Source: a virus (taxonomy: Duplodnaviria; Caudoviricetes). Taken from it: DNA of 53,261 bases. Below the pieces are notes generated by a model, which was not told the origin of the DNA, made no database searches, and was given only the letters and a program-made list of their open reading frames with translations. The stretch covers positions 1 to 53,261 of IMG/VR virus record IMGVR_UViG_3300031687_000019; one strand, 5' to 3'. Of the stretch, positions 48,654 through 53,261 are shown in pieces. The position numbers and the translations under genes were made by a program. How positions within the stretch are numbered: position 1 is the stretch's first letter; every line of letters starts with the position of its first letter.

Positions 48654-49225
48654 TATAACGTTTCAGTTTTTATAGGAGCAGCTTCTTCCAGCCCCTTCTT
48701 AACTATAGCAGTCATTTTATACTTTTTAGATATAGCCTCTAAGTCTCCTCCTCCTTCAACAAACTTTAATGCTTTAGCATACAAAGGTGATTTTTTAGAT
48801 GTAATCTCTTCTTTAGCAGTCTTGCCAGAGTGATCATTAGAGGCATCTGCATCAGCTGTATCATCAATAAGTAATAAGTTACCTAAAGCATACTTTTTGC
48901 CGTAAGATGAGGCTGCTCCGTACTTCTGGGGCATAGACATACCTTTAGACATTAGGTCGACACCTACAATAGCATTAGAGTGTATAGCATCGTCAGATTC
49001 TGCATCATATATACTCGCAGTTGATTTAAGTATTGGCGGATCAAAAGATATTAATTCTTCGTTAATAATAACTGTACATTTCTCGTAGTCCAAGAAAGGT
49101 TTTATAGCCTCAAGTATATCTTCTGCAGCACGGTAATTGTACTTACCAAACCCATTGTATCTGGATTTTTTAGCTTTAAGATTAACCTGAATACTGGCTA
49201 ACTTCATTTTTAAATTTGATTTCAT
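48653..49225 (-). CDS. erf: ERF-family single-strand annealing protein
   Basis: KYNYRAAEDILEAIKP, QKYGAASSYGKKYAL..DDTADAD. Confidence 0.85.
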   Translation of the reverse strand: MKSNLKMKLASIQVNLKAKKSRYNGFGKYNYRAAEDILEAIKPFLDYEKCTVIINEELISFDPPILKSTASIYDAESDDAIHSNAIVGVDLMSKGMSMPQKYGAASSYGKKYALGNLLLIDDTADADASNDHSGKTAKEEITSKKSPLYAKALKFVEGGGDLEAISKKYKMTAIVKKGLEEAAPIKTETL

Positions 49226-49262
49226 TTATATAGTTTTTATTGGTTTAAATACTTTGGTGTTA

Positions 49263-49294
49263 TATATATAATTACACGTTTTTCTAATAAACTA
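49263..49294 (-). promoter_or_regulatory. putative middle/late promoter motif, copy 5
   Basis: - strand GTAGTT-N12-TGTAATTATATA between the sigma gene and erf. Confidence 0.7.
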
Positions 49295-49315
49295 CAGATT
49301 ATTTTTAGTTATAAA

Positions 49316-50086
49316 CTAAAGTAAATCAGGTAGTTGCGCGTCATTTGTCTTCTCAATTAACTTGTCGATAGCCTTGCGTTTTATCTCAGATATACGCACT
49401 CCTTTCTTCTTGTAAGATCCCTCAATACCCAGTATCTCACAGATTTCAACAGCATCGTGCTTATTGCAATCAAGACCGTAACTTAGCCTTACAACCTCTC
49501 TTTCGCGATCTGTTAGATGTTTATTAATTAAAGCTAAAAGATACTCATTCATAAATGTAACGTTGTAATCTTTTGAATCATCTGGTATTTCAAGTTCAAA
49601 GTTTGAATCGCTATCATTACCGGATTTAAAATCACCCATGTATAATGACTTAGATTTGCTTAACAAATTACTAATTGCCGGATCGCTAGGTTGCTTACGT
49701 ATCTCTGTGATCTTCCATTCAGGAATTTTAATATCACCCATGTTATGGTTAATGTATCTTCTTATTGTTCCTTTAATTCTTTTTGATAGAAAAGATTTTA
49801 ATGTTTGTTCTATATTATTAGATTGATTTAGCAGAACCCAATCAATTTTATCTATAGCATTGATTAATCCTATATGACCGGACTGTATAAGATCATTTAT
49901 AGATAGTATTCCAATCGCTTGATGTGATGTGGCAAACTTCCGTGCTAAGTTTTCTGTTAGGGGCATGAACTTAATTATAAGGTTGTCTCTGGTGTACTCA
50001 TCAAAAAATACACGGGGTAAATTACTTAATGTACGTTTAAGATCTTTTTGGTATCTTACGTAGTTAGTTATATTATATTTCTTCAT
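49316..50086 (-). CDS. phage sigma-70-family factor
   Basis: region 2 PLTENLARKF..DLIQSGHIGLINAIDK..SKRIKGTIRR; region 4 LTDREREVVRLSYGL..RISEIKRKAIDKL. Confidence 0.9.
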   Translation of the reverse strand: MKKYNITNYVRYQKDLKRTLSNLPRVFFDEYTRDNLIIKFMPLTENLARKFATSHQAIGILSINDLIQSGHIGLINAIDKIDWVLLNQSNNIEQTLKSFLSKRIKGTIRRYINHNMGDIKIPEWKITEIRKQPSDPAISNLLSKSKSLYMGDFKSGNDSDSNFELEIPDDSKDYNVTFMNEYLLALINKHLTDREREVVRLSYGLDCNKHDAVEICEILGIEGSYKKKGVRISEIKRKAIDKLIEKTNDAQLPDLL

Positions 50087-50186
50087 CGTTTATTTTTTTG
50101 TATGCTTCTGTCATAGCTTCGTTATCTGAAAAAAAGTTGTTGTTGATCTTTAACATCCACTCATTGAATTTTTCAATTTCTTCCAT
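50073..50186 (-). CDS. 37-aa hypothetical protein (not in ORF track)
   Basis: MEEIEKFNEWMLKINNNFFSDNEAMTEAYKKINDEEI. Confidence 0.5.
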   Translation of the reverse strand: MEEIEKFNEWMLKINNNFFSDNEAMTEAYKKINDEEI

Positions 50187-50351
50187 AATTTATTTATTTT
50201 AAAAGTTTAGCATAATACCATGCAAGTTTGTCGTAAAAACACGTGATTATATACGTATACTAAAACAATTTTAATTCTAGTTTAATATTTATTTTTAACC
50301 AAAAATAATAACATTTAGTTTTAATATCCGCAATAATTTAGCGGGAGTACT

Positions 50352-50573
50352 TTATTTTAATTTTTTAATTTTTGCAAAAACGTGTGCTGCTTGTACATAA
50401 TCTTCTAAGCTTTCGTAATGCTTTAAAAGCATATTTAATTCAGCTATTTGATCATCATTACTTGGTAGCGAATTAATAAACTCTTCATTCATAGCCTTGG
50501 CTTCTACATCCATGCGCTCGAACAATCCTTCTACAACCATATCTACAATTTTATTAATCTCTTCTTCTGTCAT
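50352..50573 (-). CDS. hypothetical protein with a UVR-like C-terminal motif
   Basis: LEDYVQAAHVFAKI. Confidence 0.6.
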   Translation of the reverse strand: MTEEEINKIVDMVVEGLFERMDVEAKAMNEEFINSLPSNDDQIAELNMLLKHYESLEDYVQAAHVFAKIKKLK

Positions 50574-50576
50574 ACT

Positions 50577-50846
50577 TTAATTTAAGTTAGTTAATTGGTA
50601 TTCACCAGATAGTATTTTATCTTTAGTCATCTCTTTGTACTCGCCAAGAAATTCATTGCGATATTTACCGGTAGTGCGTGAGTAATCCCATGTGTCTTCG
50701 TCTAATTGTATTTTGCCGTTGTGATCACGAAAAGCGATCGTGCTGTTGTAGCTTTGAAAATACATACCGTCAGATACGTATAGCAAAAACTGATTAGGGG
50801 CAGGATTACCACCCCTTGTATACATCTGTCTAACTTTAGGCTTCAT
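50577..50846 (-). CDS. hypothetical early protein
   Basis: FQSYNSTIA...WDYSRTTGKYRNEFL motif; the upstream MKMKMK is an artefact of the neighbour's EDEDE. Confidence 0.7.
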   Translation of the reverse strand: MKPKVRQMYTRGGNPAPNQFLLYVSDGMYFQSYNSTIAFRDHNGKIQLDEDTWDYSRTTGKYRNEFLGEYKEMTKDKILSGEYQLTNLN

Positions 50847-51213
50847 CTTCATCTTCATCTTCAATATTTACTATATTAAACAATGCACTTACTTCCTCGC
50901 ATATCTCTTCAGCTATCTCATCAGAGCCATTAAAGTCCATACTACTTATAGAGATGCGATTGTCATAGTCTATTTCAAAATCCACATCGTAATTATTAGA
51001 GTCGTTAAAGTCAGTATTCCTTATTACCTGCCAAATTGCATCTTGAATTTCTCTTATTTGATCAGGTGTAACTTTAGGTCTGTCTACAACAGCCATGCGC
51101 CGTTGCATATCTCCTAAGGCTTTTTTGCAGTGCTCTGTCTCGCTTTCGCCTCTTGCAAGATCTGTTGTTAACTCGTTTATTCTTCTTTGTAATTCTTCTT
51201 TAGTCATTTCCAT
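50836..51213 (-). CDS. acidic hypothetical early protein
   Basis: coiled-coil N-terminus, D/E-rich C-terminus; follows a promoter motif. Confidence 0.7.
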   Translation of the reverse strand: MEMTKEELQRRINELTTDLARGESETEHCKKALGDMQRRMAVVDRPKVTPDQIREIQDAIWQVIRNTDFNDSNNYDVDFEIDYDNRISISSMDFNGSDEIAEEICEEVSALFNIVNIEDEDEDEA

Positions 51214-51232
51214 ATTATATATATTTAGTTAT

Positions 51233-51275
51233 TATTCAATTGTATTATCTGTTAGTTGTCGTTTTTATTTTGTAA
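51233..51275 (-). promoter_or_regulatory. putative early promoter motif, copy 3
   Basis: TTACAAAATAAAAACGACAACTAACAGATAATACAATTGAATA. Confidence 0.65.
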
Positions 51276-51492
51276 GTTTAAAATCAAACTTCATTCGTAG
51301 GTGTTTACTTACAAATCCACCAACTGAATCGGTTGTTTGTAATCCACGCCATACATGGATCGGTACATCAACGTAAGTATAAATCGCACCGCGACTAAAC
51401 ATTACCATTAGTTCTTCTTCTCGGTGTTTATAGTGTGCATAAATCACCGCTTCTGATTCTACGATCAGGATTTCTTTAGTTACTTTACTCAT
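51265..51492 (-). CDS. KTSC-domain protein
   Basis: ELMVMFSRGAIYTYVDVP..VWRGL..TDSVGGFV..HLR. Confidence 0.8.
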   Translation of the reverse strand: MSKVTKEILIVESEAVIYAHYKHREEELMVMFSRGAIYTYVDVPIHVWRGLQTTDSVGGFVSKHLRMKFDFKLTK

Positions 51493-51497
51493 AGTTT

Positions 51498-51647
51498 TTA
51501 GTATATATATTCAATATTACTTATTTCTCTTACTATTATTTCATGTGAATGATCGCAATACATTATTGCCCATTGTCTTGCTTCGTCTAGCGTTTTTTTC
51601 AGTATAAATGTGACTTCATCTGCATTGTAGATCATAAATTTACTCAT
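51498..51647 (-). CDS. 49-aa hypothetical protein (not in ORF track)
   Basis: MSKFMIYNADEVTFILKKTLDEARQWAIMYCDHSHEIIVREISNIEYIY. Confidence 0.6.
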   Translation of the reverse strand: MSKFMIYNADEVTFILKKTLDEARQWAIMYCDHSHEIIVREISNIEYIY

Positions 51648-51780
51648 CTAGTTTTAGTTTTACATAGGTTAATCCGTCATACCCGGAGGCAGTCCATCGG
51701 AATAATTGATTTGGTGTTAGGTTATGCGCTAACGATTCTAATTCTTCAATAGGCATAAGGTCAATTTGTTTTGCTGTCAT
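51640..51780 (-). CDS. 46-aa hypothetical protein (not in ORF track)
   Basis: MTAKQIDLMPIEELESLAHNLTPNQLFRWTASGYDGLTYVKLKLDE. Confidence 0.55.
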   Translation of the reverse strand: MTAKQIDLMPIEELESLAHNLTPNQLFRWTASGYDGLTYVKLKLDE

Positions 51781-51785
51781 AGTTT

Positions 51786-52268
51786 TTAGTTAAATTGTTT
51801 ATGTTCAGTGTATAGCATTTCTTTTTTATCATTAGCACAGTGTGCTTTTTCACTTATGTAATAATTACGGTAAGCGGTTACGGAATCACCTGAAACTTTA
51901 TACTCATCTGGCATACATTGGGGCATGTCAGTTAAGCCGGTATTAAAGATCGGACCAGGTGTTTGAGACAGTACGTCTTCGCACTTAGTTATAGTCAGGT
52001 GTTTTTTACCGTAACGTTTAGTATATTCATCGCCAAGAGCTAACATGTGGTAGTATAGCCATGCATAGTTTTGAAGAGATGTACGTGTCCACACAGCACT
52101 CGGATGGTTTTTGTGTGTCAATTTGTAGGGAACATCTATCTCACTATCAAGCATGTGATGAGCTGAACACAGTAGTTGTGCTGACTCAAGTATCATCTTG
52201 ACGACGTGTTTATTGTATTGTTTTTCCGCTGCGATAACTGGATCGCTGTTTAAATAAAATATATTCAT
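51786..52268 (-). CDS. pyrimidine-dimer DNA glycosylase (DenV)-like family protein
   Basis: MNIFYL..KHVVKMILESAQLL..THKNHP..EYTKRYGKKH..PQCMPDEYK..AYRNYY. Confidence 0.75.
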   Translation of the reverse strand: MNIFYLNSDPVIAAEKQYNKHVVKMILESAQLLCSAHHMLDSEIDVPYKLTHKNHPSAVWTRTSLQNYAWLYYHMLALGDEYTKRYGKKHLTITKCEDVLSQTPGPIFNTGLTDMPQCMPDEYKVSGDSVTAYRNYYISEKAHCANDKKEMLYTEHKQFN

Positions 52269-52283
52269 AGTTATTAGATTTTG

Positions 52284-52326
52284 TATTCAGTTATATTATC
52301 TATAGTCGATCGTTTTTGTTATGCAA
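52284..52326 (-). promoter_or_regulatory. putative early promoter motif, copy 4
   Basis: TTGCATAACAAAAACGATCGACTATAGATAATATAACTGAATA. Confidence 0.7.
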
Positions 52327-52675
52327 CGTCTATTACTTTTTGTGACACATTGTCATATATTGCTAATTGTTTGTTAAATTTAGCTATTTTCATCGCCTGT
52401 TTAAGATCGCTTACACTTAAGCCGTAGTCAAGAAAATATATATCGTCTTCACTTAACCAACCGCCGAATAATTCGTGCTGACTGTTAAATGCATCATCTA
52501 CTATTTGCCACGTATTTTTTGAGAATAGCGATGGATTTGCAGTTTTAAGTACATTTTTTATACTAACAGTATAGCGCTCTAGTCTGGTGTTATTTACATT
52601 GTGAGTAAAATCTGCTTTTGCATTAATTTTGTTAACGACATCTTGCAGTGGTGATATTTCAATTAGTCTTCCCAT
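52319..52675 (-). CDS. hypothetical early protein, possibly SAM-lyase-like fold
   Basis: GGW....YFLD....A..IA....QLAIYD pattern. Confidence 0.6.
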   Translation of the reverse strand: MGRLIEISPLQDVVNKINAKADFTHNVNNTRLERYTVSIKNVLKTANPSLFSKNTWQIVDDAFNSQHELFGGWLSEDDIYFLDYGLSVSDLKQAMKIAKFNKQLAIYDNVSQKVIDVA

Positions 52676-52690
52676 AGTTTAGTTTAAAAT

Positions 52691-52760
52691 TAGTAACCAG
52701 TGAGGAATCGAACCTCATACTCGTCAGTAGTACGCTCGGTCGGAGCATCCATACCTGGTT
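52691..52760 (-). ncRNA. tRNA-like RNA 1 (non-canonical)
   Basis: AACCAG/CTGGTT stem, TGAGG-TTCGATT-CCTCA T-arm, two small internal hairpins, 3' ACTA. Confidence 0.7.
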
Positions 52761-52823
52761 TAATAACCGCAGGGAGATTCGAACTCCTTCACTAGCTAAG
52801 TGAGTGGCCTTCCTATCGCGGTT
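52761..52823 (-). ncRNA. tRNA-like RNA 2 (no D stem)
   Basis: AACCGCG/TGCGGTT acceptor, GGAG-TTCGAAT-CTCC T-arm, TCACT-TAGCT-AGTGA hairpin, 3' ATTA. Confidence 0.75.
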
Positions 52824-52836
52824 GTTCATATCTTAT

Positions 52837-52896
52837 TAGTAACCGCAGGGAGATTCGAACTCACCTCACTAGCTAAGTGGCGTTCCTTTCGCGGTT
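52837..52896 (-). ncRNA. tRNA-like RNA 3 (no D stem; paralogue of RNA 2)
   Basis: AACCGCG/TGCGGTT, GTGAG-TTCGAAT-CTCCC, CACT-TAGCT-AGTG, 3' ACTA. Confidence 0.75.
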
Positions 52897-52904
52897 AGCG
52901 GCTA

Positions 52905-52997
52905 TTACGTGATCATTAATCGTATCTTTCGCCTAGTAGTTATCTTCGCGTGTTCTCTTTGAGTATTTTTAGGATTATACCTTGCATTATTACTCAT
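52905..52997 (-). CDS. possible 30-aa basic peptide between tRNA-like RNAs 4 and 3
   Basis: MSNNARYNPKNTQREHAKITTRRKIRLMIT nearly fills the gap. Confidence 0.35.
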   Translation of the reverse strand: MSNNARYNPKNTQREHAKITTRRKIRLMIT

Positions 52998-53002
52998 CAC
53001 AC

Positions 53003-53053
53003 TCGCGATCGGACTTGCACCGTGCCAGCGGTTAATTACACCGCCGCTCGTGA
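53003..53053 (-). ncRNA. tRNA-like RNA 4 (D-armless, divergent)
   Basis: TCACGA/TCGCGA stem, GCGGT-GTAATTA-ACCGC arm, CGG-TGCAAGT-CCG T-arm variant. Confidence 0.5.
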
Positions 53054-53055
53054 TA

Positions 53056-53253
53056 CTACTTTTCTGTTAGTCCTGCTAATACTTCGTTATATGCGTAGTC
53101 CATAGCTTCTACAAATTGACTGTCATTCATGTTGTCTATTAGCTCGTCAGGCATCTGCCATGAAACAGTTTCACGCAGGTGATCTTCAATATAGTGTACA
53201 ATACCCTCTGCTACAGCATTGAGTTCGTTTTTTTGGTGTTCAGTTAGTGTCAT
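53056..53253 (-). CDS. acidic hypothetical early protein
   Basis: 65-aa ORF with an A-rich leader. Confidence 0.65.
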   Translation of the reverse strand: MTLTEHQKNELNAVAEGIVHYIEDHLRETVSWQMPDELIDNMNDSQFVEAMDYAYNEVLAGLTEK

Positions 53254-53261
53254 AGTTAATT

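Noticed and set aside
50846-50864. MKMKMKMK N-terminal repeat
   Set aside because: Alternative-frame reading of the GAAGAT repeats encoding EDEDED in the overlapping upstream gene
52761-52896. Direct repeats as a CRISPR mini-array
   Set aside because: Only two near-identical units, no unique spacers of regular length and no cas genes; the tRNA-like fold explains them better
52691-53053. Calling these canonical tRNAs with assigned anticodons (e.g. AGC, TGA, AAT)
   Set aside because: No normal D-arm, too short, and the loops lack the U33/purine-37 pattern, so anticodon assignments are unsupported

Overview
AT-rich dsDNA tailed-phage genome, probably most of it, with podovirus-type architecture. 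It resembles marine Flavobacteriia (Bacteroidota) phages of the Cellulophaga phi38:1 or crAss-related kind. The host call is an inference from gene content, A-rich SD-less leaders and a signal peptide followed by Gln. The + strand (421-39672) carries late genes: a fibre-like gene, GroEL/GroES, M15 endolysin, a cluster of very basic small proteins, holin, a second tandem-domain GroES-like protein, terminase, portal, scaffold, major capsid, ring/nozzle proteins, ejection proteins and a 3066-aa virion polyprotein. The - strand (39763-53253) carries NrdA/NrdB, resolvase, a GIY-YIG/MazG fusion, ThyA, primase-helicase, SSB, RecE-like exonuclease, ERF, a sigma-70-family factor and small early genes. 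A bidirectional terminator separates the two arms. No DNA polymerase, RNA polymerase or integrase is recognisable. The most notable observations are three. (1) An array of four 51-66 nt tRNA-like RNAs lacking a normal D-arm lies in the early region. (2) The giant virion protein is punctuated four times by an [IV][SM]ASKxI motif that bounds a sigma-region-2-like domain and a HAD domain, downstream of a zincin-like motif, suggesting a processed polyprotein that injects a sigma-like factor. (3) Two distinct repeated promoter-like motifs (early and middle/late) could match the two sigma-like proteins. All assignments come from visual motif recognition; no searches were run.
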